From Malacoraja senta (taxonomy: Eukaryota), in contig CM075987.1 in the NCBI GenBank assembly GCA_038087875.1, positions 16,556,001 through 16,620,000 on the forward strand: a DNA stretch of 64,000 bases, read 5' to 3'. Both the position numbers and the translations under genes were made by a program. The notes under the pieces are model-generated. The model searched no databases. It worked only from the letters and a program-made list of their open reading frames with translations, and was not told the origin of the DNA. This document shows positions 52,501-64,000 of this stretch, in pieces. Each line of letters opens with the position of its first letter. Position 1 is the first letter of the stretch.

Positions 52501-53077
52501 ATGTGCAGGCATAGGCGATTAGTTTAATTTAACATCATGTTCAGCACGCACTGTGTGGGTCGAAGGGCCTGTTCCTGTGCCTCATTGTTCTATGTTCTAC
52601 GACTGTCCTCAGCTGAGTGGCTCTCTTCACTTTGGTGCATCACAGCTGAGCTTGCTCCCGCCAGCGTGCAGGAATTACATAACAGCGAGTAGAAACAAGG
52701 AACTGCAGATGCTGGTTTACAAAAAAAACACACAAAGTGCTCGAGTTAGCAGGTTAGGCAGCATCTCTGTAGAACATGGATAGGTGATATTTAGAGTCGG
52801 GACCCATGGTATTGATGATCTCAAGAGAATCAGGAGGTCCTAGCACTGGAAGGAGGTCACCATATCACCAACAATCCACCTACCTGCCCATGTGCCCGTA
52901 GTTTCCACACTTACCCCAGAAACCACAAAGCTGGAATGGAAGCGAGTATGAGTTGCCTAAAAAGAACATTGAAGAACATTTGAATTATCGTTTAGAGACA
53001 CAAAGAACTGGAAATGCTAAAATCCAGAAAAACGCAGCAGGTCAGGCAGCATCTATGGAGGGAAAGGAATGGTTGAT

Positions 53078-54250
53078 AGAAACATAGACATAGAAACATA
53101 GAAAATAGGTGCAGGAGTAGGCCATTCGGCCCTTCGAGCCTGCACCGCCATTCAATATGATCATGGCTGATTATCCAACTCAGTATCCTGTACCTGCCTT
53201 CTCTCCATACCCCCTGATCCCTTTAGCCACAAGGGCCACATCTAACTCCCTCTTAAATATAGCCAATGAACTGGCCTCAACTACCTTCTGTGGCAGAGAA
53301 TTCCACAGATTCACCACTCTCTGTGTGAAAAATAATGTTCTCATCTCGGTCCTAAAAGACTTCCCCCTTATCCTTAAACAGTGACCCCTTGTTCTGGACT
53401 TCCCCAACATCGGGAACAATCTTCCTGCATCTAGCCTGTCCAACCCCTTAAGAATCTTGTAAGTTTCTATAAGATCCCCCCTCAATCTTCTAAATTCTAG
53501 CGAGTACAAGCCGAGTCTATCCAGTCTTTCTTCATATCAAAGTCCTGCCATCCCAGGAATCAGTCTGGTGAACCTTCTCTGTACTCCCTCTATGGCAAGA
53601 ATGTCTTTCCTCAGATTTGGTGACCAAAACTGTACACAATACTCCAGGTGTGGCCTCACCAAGACCCTGTACAACTGCAGTAGAACCTCCCTGCTCGTAT
53701 ACTCAAATCCTTTTGCTATGAATGCTAACTTACCATTCGCTTTCTTCACTGCCTGCTGCACCTGCATGCCTACTTTCAATGACTGGTGTACCATGACACC
53801 CAGATCTCGTTGCATCTCCCCTTTTCCTAATCGGCCACCATTCAGATAATAGTCTACTTTCCTGTTTTTGCCACCAAAGTGGATAACCTCACATTTATCC
53901 ACATTATACTGCATCTGCCATGCATTTGCCCACTCACCCAACCTATCCAAGTCACCTTGCAGCCTCCTAGCATCCTCCTCACAGCTAACACTGCCCCCCA
54001 GCTTCGTGTCATCCGCAAACTTGGAGATGTTGCATTCAATTCCCTCATCCAGATCATTAATATATATTGTAAATAGCTGGGGTCCCAGCACTGAGCCTTG
54101 CGGTACCCCACTAGTCACTGCCTGCCATTCTGAAAAGGACCCGTTTACTCCTACTCCTACTCTTTGCTTCCTGTCTGCCAGCCAGTTCTCTATTCACATC
54201 AATACTGAACCCCCAATACCATGTGCTTTAAGTTTGCATACTAATCTCTT
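53078..54250 (-). mobile_element. Young 5'-truncated CR1-clade LINE, same family, opposite strand
   Basis: TSGVPQGSVLGPQLFTIYINDLD..KFADDTKLGG..; premature TGA at 53537-53539; (CATAGAAA)n tail at 53078-53105. Confidence 0.95.
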
Positions 54251-56229
54251 AGACCTCAGGTTTCAGGTCGCGACCTGAAACCTGATGTTTCAGGTCACGA
54301 CCCTGCATCAGGACTGACAGCATAGAAGGAGGATGGCCAGTATGAAGGGAAGGTGAGTGGGGGGGGGGGGGTGGCGGCTAGAATGGGAGGGAGGGACTTG
54401 TAGAGGATAGGTTGACCTAGGTAGAATGGGGATGATAGACTGATGGGAAGGAAGGGGAAATGGGCGGGGTGGTGTTGGAAATGAGGTTGACGGTGATAGG
54501 TGGAAACGGACAAGAAAAGGAAAGGGTGTCAGTGTGTGGAAGGTGAAGGTAGGGTACGTGAAAGGAACTGCCAGAAGAAGTGATAGAGGCAGGTACAATG
54601 ACGTAATTTAAGAGACATTTGGACAGGTACGTGAATAGGACGTTTTAGAGGGAAATGGGCCAAATGCAGGGAAATGGTTCTAGCTCAGATGGGCAGCTTG
54701 GTCGGCGCAGCCAAGTTGGGCCAAAGTGCCAATTTCCGTGCTGTATAAATCAATGACTTTCTTCTGGAAGGACAAAGAAGAATATCATCTTGACAGTGAT
54801 TTTTTTCTGTCATGAATGGTCTAGCCGAGCATCTGGCCGACTTCCCCGGGGGGATAGTGATTGTCTCGGTCGTGTTCCTCCAGTGCAATGTAAACACCAT
54901 TGACTCCATCTACACTACGCTGCGTCAGAAAAGCAGGCAACAAAATCAAAGCTAGGATGCTGACCGATTCATCTCTCCCCCATTGTGGATATTGGGCTTT
55001 GTCTATGGAACTGTTGTGCTACAATGCTGAGAACTATATTCGGCACTCTGTATCTTCCTCAACCTAATGTACGTGTTTGAGTTGATTGTATTTATGTATA
55101 GTATTATCTGAACTGTTTGGATAGCATGCACAACAAAACTGTTCACTGTACCTCAGTACACCTGATAATAAACCTAAAGTATGGATATCAGCAGTACATC
55201 TCCATCGCCGACCATGAAATCTCCACCTGACAAAAGCTAACTTCTCCAGACAGAGCTCTTTGAAGGTCTTCTCTGAACCAATGAGTCAGAGATATGGGCC
55301 AAAGGTTGGCAAATGGGACTATGTTAGATGGGGCATTTTGATTGGCATGGACGAGTTGGGCCGGAGGGCCTGTTTCCATGCTGTATGACTCTGACAGGTT
55401 TGATGAGAAGCTAACATCCAGTTGTTAATTAATTTCAAATACAGGGCATTTTTTGGATTGGAAACTCAAAGGTAAAAAAGAAGAGTCCCGACCCGAAACA
55501 TCACCTCTCCATGTTCTCCAGAAAAGCTACCTCATCTGCTGAGTTATTCCAGCATTTTGTTTTTTTTGGTAAAACTATAACTGCAGGCACCTGGAGACTA
55601 TGGTAGTATAGATAACCCATGACTTAAAAATAGATAATGCCTGGAATAGACTGTGATTCAGCAAGTTGCTTTTAATCATGAGTGGTTTGGATGCTTCAGC
55701 ACTATGGAGGCCAAACACTGAATGGTCCTCCCAGCCAGGAACCAAGCACCAAAGTAACCATCAAGGGCAGAAACACGATAGACGGAAAAAGCTGGAGTAA
55801 CTCAGCGGGACAGGGAGCATCGCTGGAGAGAAGGAATGGGTGACGTTTCAGGTCGAGACCATTCTTCAGACTGGTTAGGGATAAGGGTAAACGGTATAGA
55901 CGGTGATGTGGAGAGATAAAGAACAATGAACGATGATAAAGGAAAAGTAACGACGCTAATAACAGCCTGTTTGAAGGGTGAAAATTTGATTTATCTGTTT
56001 CTTCAAGTCAAGTCGTCAAGTCAAGTTTATTCGTCACATACACATACGAGATGATCAGTTTCTTATCGAGATCTTCGGTTTAAACCAGCATCTGCAGTTC
56101 CTTCTTACACGAGGGCGGAAACACAGTCAATATTCATAACAGAGAATGCTATTTTGTACGTATTTGCCACGTATTTTGTATAATGGCCACATTTCACTCA
56201 GGTGTTCACCTGCTGCTCCCTTGACCAAA

Positions 56230-56300
56230 GGACTACTGTCTCACTCACTTCCGGGTGCAGCACAACAACTTCCGGGTTGGCGGCAGCAAGATGGCGGCGT
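56230..56300 (+). promoter_or_regulatory. URM1 proximal promoter/5' UTR: tandem ETS (GABP-type) sites and YY1 motif in a small CpG-rich island
   Basis: ACTTCCGG at 56247-56254 and 56268-56275; CAAGATGGCGGC (YY1 consensus) at 56287-56298 overlapping the ATG; CpG-rich to ~56500; typical TATA-less housekeeping layout. Confidence 0.75.
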
Positions 56301-56325
56301 CCATCGACGTTCATCTGGAGTTCAG
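56291..56325 (+). CDS. URM1: URM1 (ubiquitin-related modifier 1) coding exon 1
   Basis: Kozak AAGATGG; MAASIDVHLEF(R), 35 nt, donor AG|GTGAGT; compare human MAAPLSVEVEFG. Confidence 0.9.
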
Positions 56326-57234
56326 GTGAGTTCAGGCTTTCCCGTTGGAGGCGGCCACGGCCGGGACGGGATGGGATGGGATGGCGCGGCGGTGTGTGGA
56401 GCTGCGAGCCGGGGTTTCTCCAGGTGCCGGTCACGTTGTGTCTTCAAATGTAACCTCACGCTGGCAGCGAAGCCCGGGACAGCGCGACCGGCCCTCGCAC
56501 AGTTAAACTCTCCTCACAATGTTGTTCTTGTACCGGCCTCTTGTACTCGTCTGGCAGCTCCTTCCATAGACCCACCGCCCTCTGAGTTGGACTCCCCCCT
56601 CCTCCCCAGGTTCTTATTAAATCTTGTCCTTCTCTTTAAACCCGTGTCCCCTGGTTAATGGAAGCTGTCAGATTGTTGTTGTGCTGGGATAGGTGTGTGA
56701 TGGAGAGGGTAGGAAGGAGCTGCAGATGCTGGTTTAAACCGAAGACAGACACACAAAGCTGGAGTAACTCAGTGGGTCAGACAGCATCTCTGGAGAAAAG
56801 GAATAGGTAACGTTTCGGGTCAGACCCCTGAAACATCACCTATTCCTATTATCCAGAGATGCTGTGTGACCCGCTGAGTTACTCCAGCTTTTTGTGTCGA
56901 TTTTAGTTGATGGAGAAGGTGGGTTTGAAAAACCGTGGGCTGGGGGCAAAAATTGAGTAGCGTTTAGTGTTGGTAGTAGAATTATACTATGTACTTCATA
57001 GTCAAGCAAACCAACAGTCGGTTTTCCGCTAGAATGTACCGTCTGCATCGATGGTTGCATTAATCCAATCCTTGACACCTCTTGTCGCTCAGCCCCAAAG
57101 CTCTGTATAGTATTTGTTTCCTCACATTCTGTCATTGGGTCAAGACAGTCGAGAATTATTAATTGTCATATGTACTGAAAACCGGACAAAACGGTTCAAT
57201 ATGTAGAAACAAAGAACCAGCTCTATAATCTTTG

Positions 57235-57440
57235 CAAAGAACTGCAGTTGCTAGTTTATACCAAAGATGGCACAAAGTGCTGGAGTAACTCAGTGGGTCA
57301 GGCAGCAGCTCTGGAGAAAAAGGATGGGTGACATTTCCGGTTGGGACCCTTCTTCAGCCCAACCCGAAATGTGACCCATCCTTTTTCTCAGGAGATGCTG
57401 CCTGATCCGCTGAGTTACTCCAGCACTTTGTGTCCATCTT
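57235..57440. mobile_element. Fold-back PLE-derived element in URM1 intron 1 (similar at 56710-56900)
   Basis: AAAGATGG-CACAAAGTGCTGGAGTAACTCAG... / ...CTGAGTTACTCCAGCACTTTGTGTCCATCTTT inverted arms. Confidence 0.8.
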
Positions 57441-58504
57441 TCCTAATATGGTAAAATAATTTTACAATACTTTATTGTCACATGTCTCCAGGTACAGTGT
57501 AATTCTTGTTGTGTACAGTTCAATAACAATCTTACAATATATAGGCACAATCATACTTAAGTTTAAGAATGTAAGATAGTAGATTAAATTGAGGCAGTAC
57601 GCATAAGTTGCCATGTTTCCATTGCTATCTTGTATCCTTCAAGTTCAGAATTGTTAAAGATGTTAGAGTCTTAACTTCGCCATAAAGGTCCATTATCCTG
57701 GCTCTGGGTTAGAGTTGCACCGGTCAGCCTGACCAGGCGAGGTTGTCAGTCTCTGATCTGCTGCCATTCCGTGCAGCTGCAAGCTGTGTCTGATCTGTGC
57801 GCTGGGACACTTGGAGCAGCGACCGATCTAATCGAGCCTCAGGCTGTTGCAAGGCCTCCAGTGGCCCACGCCACCGACATTTCAATCCAGACACATCAAC
57901 CCACAAACGAGCTGTCCCTTGCCTCACATGGCCACTGCCCAGCCTCTGGGACTTAGGGCACCTCCCATAGTGAACTTTGGAACACCCAGAGCGCCTCCAT
58001 GGACGTGGGAGGTAAGACCCCAGCCTGCTCACCGGACCTGTTCTTTTCCTCCATCTGACACCACCTTATCAGGCCCATAAATCCAATAGAACAGAGATAA
58101 ATATCTAATTTTTAATAGTACAATAAATAACTGTAATAAAACTTAAAACATAGAAGGGTACAGGGCAGCTGCAGGCCCTTCAGCCCACAATGTCTGTGCC
58201 ATACATGATGCCAAGTTAAACTAATCTCCTCTGCCTAGTTGGCGTGGACACGGTGGGCCAATGTGTTTGTTTCCACGCTGTATCTCTAAACTAAATTAAA
58301 ATAATTGAATAGTACAACAAGTTAAAAAGGCAAACGGGCAATACATCCAATACATCTATGTCATTGTGTTTTGGTCTCGCCATGAAAAGTTAGAACATTG
58401 GTGGTATTGGCGACTGCTGCAGAGGTTATGGTCATAGTGTAATGTGGGGTTAGAACAGAGGGTTCATGACAGATTAGTGAGACCATTCTCTTCCTAGATG
58501 ACAC

Positions 58505-58803
58505 AATGGCAGAGCAGGTAAAGATGCTGCCTTACCGCATCGGAGATGCATGTTCAAACCTGACCTCGGGTGCTGTCTGTGTGGAGTTTGCACTTCCTCC
58601 CTGTGACTGCGTGGGTTTCCTATCACATCCCAACGACATGTGGGTTTGTAGATTAATTGGCCTCTAAATTGCCCCAAGTGTGTAGGGAGTGGATGCAAAA
58701 GTGGGATATCATCGAACTAGTGTGAATGGGTGATCGATGGTCGGCGCAGACTTGGTGGGCTAAAAGGCTTGTTTCCACACTGCATCTCTGAACTAAACTA
58801 ACT
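58505..58803 (+). mobile_element. tRNA-derived SINE
   Basis: Family core GGTGCTGTCTGTGTGGAGTTTGCAC and CTAAACTAA tail. Confidence 0.8.
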
Positions 58804-59125
58804 GAATATCAGAACACGTATAAGAAACAGAAGGGACATCCCATGTACTATGCCATTGTGATTTTGGTCTCACCATGAAAGGAACACTGGATGTATTGGC
58901 CAGTGCTGCATGGTCAGTTTGTTGTGGGGTTAGAACAGAGGGATCGGGACACGTATCCTCTTCGCATTTGGGATTTCTTGATCTGACACTGGGTGCTCAG
59001 AAGATTCTTCTTTGAAACTCAGTGCAGACAATTATTTATCCGCAAGGTCACAGTGAAATAACTGTGTTTTTCCTAGACATGTTGCTCTTAATTAAATTAT
59101 TCATTTATTTTCTGATTAATTATAG

Positions 59126-59196
59126 AGGAGGTGCTGAGCTGCTGTTCAACGGGGCGAAGGAGCAGCACGTCACATTGCCGAGCCAGCCAACGCCAT
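59126..59196 (+). CDS. URM1: URM1 coding exon 2 (71 nt); remaining exons not seen in window
   Basis: tatAG|A...CCAT|GTGAGT; (R)GGAELLFNGAKEQHVTLPSQPTP(W); compare human [25 protein letters not shown]; in phase with exon 1. Confidence 0.93.
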
Positions 59197-62100
59197 GTGA
59201 GTGTAATTACATTAAAAAATAGAATTCTCTTCTAAATAACCAAATTAAACGTGGGCAATTGTGCTGATTTTGGGCGTATCATCTTGGGCGTGGGGTAGGG
59301 GAAGCTGCAGGGACAAGAATACAAATGTATAGAAATGTTCAATTGGAGAAAATTAACTGGTGCATCAAAGGCATCAGGGTCTGAAGAAGGGTCCCGACCC
59401 GAAACGTCATCTATCCATTTCCTGTCTTTTGTTCAAATTTCCAGCATCTGCAGTTCCTTGTGGCTACATCAATGCAATCCATAGCTCATGATGAGCTAGA
59501 CACTTCTTGCCCCTCCCTTACTTACTGCCAACGATCTCCTGACAGGGATAAAATCCCACCACCAATCAATACAGAAGAGAACTCTCTGAACATTTATTCT
59601 CTAACTCATTCGTCTACCTGAAACAAATCCAGAAGTTCATGCTTTTGTCTGTTCAAACCATTCATGCCTTCTTTTAATGCCATCTTTCATCATGTCCGGA
59701 GATGGTCAAGCTGCCTTGTGAAAACATCATGGAGATTCTGCAGCTACAAGGAACTACAGATGGAATCTTGAACAAAACACACAAAGTGCTGGAGTAACTC
59801 AACAGGTCAGGCAGCATTTGTGCATGGAATGGATAAACAATGTTTCAAATTGGGACCTTTCTGTAGACGTGAAGAAGGATCCCGACCCACCTTTACATTA
59901 CATCCATAGATACTGCCTGCCCCCCCCCCCTTGTTTTTTTCCATAGTTTTAAACCATGTTGCCTAATATGTGTCTGATGAAAATCCCAACCCAAAACATA
60001 TCCATGTTCTCTAGAGATGCTGCCTAGCCGCTGAGTTCCTCCAGCAATTTATATTTTGCTCAAGATTTAAGCATCGAGTTCCTTGTGTTTCTGTTATGCG
60101 GGCTATTGTTGTGAACACTGAATAAAACATTGCACTATTATTGGGTGGGTTTTCACAAGCACTTGGGGGAAATCATATCACATGTCTTGGGGGAAATCTA
60201 TAAAATTATGGGAATTATAGGTTTTTGTTTTTCAGGGTCAAAGAAAGGGCACCAAGGTAAAAGGGGCAAAATTTAAACCAGATGTGCGGGGAAAGTTTAT
60301 TTACACAGAGTGGTGGGCACCGGGAATGTACTGCCCTTCCCTTACTGCCAATGACGATGACAATGAAATTTCAGCACCAATCAATGCAGAAAAAAACACT
60401 CTGGAAACATAGAGGTGGTGGTGGAGGCAAAGACGATAGCGGCATTTAAGAGGTTTTTAGATAAGCGCATGGATATGCAGAGAATGAGGGATATAGATCA
60501 GGTGCAGGCAGATGAGGTTTGTTTTACCTTGCATCATGTTGGGCACAGGCGTGGGCTGAAGGGCCTGTCCTATGCTGCACTATCTTATGATTCTGCCAGT
60601 CTTGCAAAAAGAAGCTGAAAATTGCTGATGGTGCATTAACACCCAACATTGCTTCTGTAAAGATCTTTTGGGAATAGTTTTACAATGTTAATCCAAGCCT
60701 TGGTTTAGTAGTGAGTTGTGGTTGCCACAGACTTAACTGCTGCTGTAATTGGGTTCTTGTCATTTTGCTTTGGTAAGTAAATGCTCAGTAGTTCTGCAGC
60801 TGTTTGGATTGGTAAAGTTTTGGGAGGCAAATTAGTCATTCCGGAATTAATTTGGAAATTATGACAGTAGTTTGCATTTCACAATGCAAAGCGGGATAAT
60901 GAATTGGAGAAGCCACATTAGTTCTGCTATCTGGAGGTCATGTTTGAAAGTAGTTTCTTTAGGATTCCTTGTTTTAATGTTTCTCATTGGAAAACACACA
61001 TAGATAATTGAAAATTAATCCAGCGAGGGAAGTTTGCAGTGCACTGAGCAAAGACTGATCAAATCCTTGCTATATCCCATCCCGAATACAGTAATTCACT
61101 AAAACAAATTGTTAATATTCTTGAATGAGTTTGTTGCAGGAAGGTTATGAGATGTGATAACCAAGAGAGGGTTTTATCACAATATTTCTGTGGGTCCTTT
61201 TGTTCTTTTTTTGTCCTTGTTAGCTATGGTTCAGTGGTGGAACACTTGACTCTGAATCCGAAGTTAGGTGGATTGGTCTCGTCTTTCAGAGAAAGCCTTC
61301 GACTAGGACCAGGCCATCACTCTCACCTCCCACTGCCGTACCAGCTCATCGCATGGAACCAGAAAAGCTGCAAACTCTCTGCGGATCAGACAGCTTCTGT
61401 GGACAGAGAAGCAGCTAGCAGGCCAGATCAAAGACCCTTTGTTAGTACCCTGACCCTTCTGACAAAGAGTCTTTGGCTTGAAACATAAACTTTCTTTCTC
61501 TTTGCACAGATGCATTCTGATGTGATGTGTTTTCAGCGTTTTCTGTTTTTATTTGATTTTTTTAGATCTTCAGCTCCTGAAATATCCAGTGGCACTATTT
61601 TCAAGAGGAGCAAAGGAAAACTCCTCAATGATCATTCCTTACTCCTGAACTAACACCATTGAAACTGTCATCTTATGCTATCTCAAAGCTGTTACATGGA
61701 AATTGCTGTGTTCAATTTGGCTGCCATTACTTTAGATAGGTGACCATACTTCCAATGGATGTTATTGGCTGCAACACACTTTAGGATGCCTTAAGGTCAC
61801 ATAAGGTGTAAAGTGTCTCGCTTTCTCATTCTCTCGGCCATCCAGTAATCTTGAAGTGCCTGAGCATTTACCATGAAACAATTTCCATGAGGTATAACAC
61901 AAAGTGCTGGAGGAACTCAGCGAAGTCAGGCAGCATCTGTGGACGGAGTGGACAGACGACGCTTTGGGTCAAGACACTTCTTCAGACCCAAAAAGACCTG
62001 TCCATTCCCTCCACAGATTCTGCCTGACCCAATGAGTTTCTCCAGCACATTTGTTTTTTTTGCTCAAAATTCCAGCATCTACAGTTTCTTGCGTCTGTTG

Positions 62101-63420
62101 GTTCCATTCTTAGCTATCCGGTCCTAGCCAGGGAGGGTGACTCTGCAGTGGCTTTTTTCACCCCATTCCTTCACTATTACCTCAAGTGTCTCTCCAGGAG
62201 CTGGGTTGTTTTTTGCACCTCTTGGGTTCTGCTGAAAATTCCAGCATCTGTAGTTCCCTGTGATTTCTATGAGGTATCGTTGGCGTCAGTTCTCTCAGCG
62301 CAGGTATGTTACAAACCTGGAGACATTGAATGTTCAAATGTGCAGTTTCCAGCACAGTTCAGTGGCAGTGCAACTCTCGTGGCTGTTATTTCCCTGACAC
62401 TTTCCCATCTATTTTCAGGTTTAGTCGGTTGCGTTTCGAGACTTGCCACAGTGGCATTTGAACTCCCAACCTCTGTCTCTCTGGCCCACAACACTATCAT
62501 TTCCAATGTGTACTGAGCATTCACAGCAGTCAGCCTGTGTACTGCGGTGCCATAAGCTCCTGACGCTTGACTTTGCATTCATGTAACCATTGTAACCATT
62601 GCCCCCCGCAGAGCCCAAATGTGTGAAAGTGTTCTGCTTTACTACTCCAAGATAATCTTTGATTTCCACTCCTGCCCTCCCCCCAAACAGGTTATGCCCA
62701 GCTTTGCTCTTTAAAATGCTCTATTTAGTGCGTGAATGGGTATCTTATGATCCCATTGTTGGGCCATTTTGAAACAAATGTTCTGTGCTCTTTCTATTTA
62801 CTTAATTATTCTTAATCCTGAATTAAGTTCAACATTTGTTTTCTCTTGTAATATCCAGACATTGCAGATGGGGAGTGATACCAAACATGGGCACAAAATG
62901 CAAAATGCTGGAGTAACTCAGTGGGTCAGGTAGAACATGGATAGGTGATGTTTTGGGTTGCAACCCTGCTTCAGACTTGTTTTCTCTTGCCTGCTGCACT
63001 GTTTGCAAGGTGAAAGCTTATCAACGGCCTCCCCTTGCTTCTGTTGGCCCACCATCCTAATTTAAAATCAGATTTCTTAACTCTCTTTGACGTTTTGTGC
63101 TCTGTTATTTATAGTACCTTCTTTAAAAAAGTTGTTATGGCTGGTGAATAAAATTGTCACCACTTTTCCCTTTTACCCACTTGCTCTTCCATGTGCAGAA
63201 TGCTCTCTCTCTCCCCCGGGTCAGGTAAGGTACGGACCAGTGGCTGTTGCAGTGCTAGGCAACTGTGGCATTGTTCCAACAATGCTGCCTTGAACTGTGA
63301 CAATTGGCCTGCTGAGAAGCTCTCAATAAAGAGGGGAAGAAAAGGATTCTCTGCCACGCCACAGCTTTGCATGGGCCAGGAATTTCCAAATGTTAAATCG
63401 AAACACTACGACTGGGATGC

Positions 63421-63750
63421 AGAAACATAGAACATAGAAAAATAGGTGAAGGAGTAGGCCATTCGGCTGATCATCTAAAATCAGTATACCCTTCCTGCTT
63501 TTTCCCCATATCCCTTGATTCCTTTAGCCCTAATAGCTAAATTTAACTCTCTCTTGAAAACATCAAGTGAATTGGCCTCCACTGCCTTCTGTGGCAGAGA
63601 ATTCCACAGATTCACAACTCTGGGTGAAAAAGTTTTTCCTCACCTCAGTCCTAAATGGCCTATCCCTTATTCTTAAACTGTGACCCCTGGTTCTGGACTC
63701 CCCCAACATCGGGAACATTTTTCCTGCATCTAGCCTGTCCAATCCCTCAA
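63421..63750 (-). mobile_element. CR1-type LINE 3' fragment
   Basis: GLDRLDAGKMFPMLGESRTRGHSLRIR; CATAGAA tail. Confidence 0.85.
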
Positions 63751-64000
63751 GACTCCGTTTGGTACTCAAATGATTTAATATTGTTGGTATTTACAATGCA
63801 TGACTTTAAATCAGTTCATGTTCTTGGATTAAACTGAGGTACTTAAGTAGAAGTGAACATGACTAAATTAGGGACACTTTATTCGAACTGAAAAACAGAG
63901 ATGGTTCCAATTTTAAATACTGGAGACACAAATTCTGTCTTTCTGTAGACTTGCATTCAAAAGTGCATAAACACTTTAATGTGGATAAGAATATTAGATT

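Noticed and set aside
56146..56658. 170-aa ORF over the CpG island
   Set aside because: Out-of-frame overlap with URM1 exon 1 and intron 1 in GC-rich DNA; no recognisable homology.
59197..64000. URM1 exon 3 and the miR-219 hairpin
   Set aside because: Neither a LLKERPELF-coding exon nor the miR-219 mature sequence was seen; likely beyond the window.

Overview
Eukaryotic vertebrate DNA. The repeat families (HE1-type V-SINEs, CR1/HER1-like LINEs, Penelope-like elements) point to a cartilaginous fish, probably a skate or ray; this is an inference. Two spliced host genes lie on the + strand. The first is the last ten coding exons of SLC27A4/FATP4 (13158-29425; earlier exons not seen in the window). 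The second is the promoter and first two coding exons of URM1 (from 56291), the same order and orientation as in human. Almost everything else is transposon-derived: CR1 LINEs (two young copies forming a ~1 kb inverted repeat), Penelope-like (PLE) fragments, tRNA-derived SINEs, RTE and Rex1 fragments, and Harbinger, hAT and Tc1 DNA elements. The most notable signal is a very dense family of short, PLE-derived, often fold-back insertions (more than 30 remnants by eye). Several have 14-17 bp target-site duplications, and many carry a minimal hammerhead-ribozyme-like core (CUGAnGA-A-stem II-GAAACGUC). Several insertion junctions record unusual mechanisms: capture of an inverted flank, a 4x65 bp stutter and a snap-back palindrome. 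One SLC27A4 exon is 161 nt and out of frame, most likely a homopolymer assembly error. Most ORFs in the supplied track are spurious or repeat-derived. All calls were made by eye without database searches.
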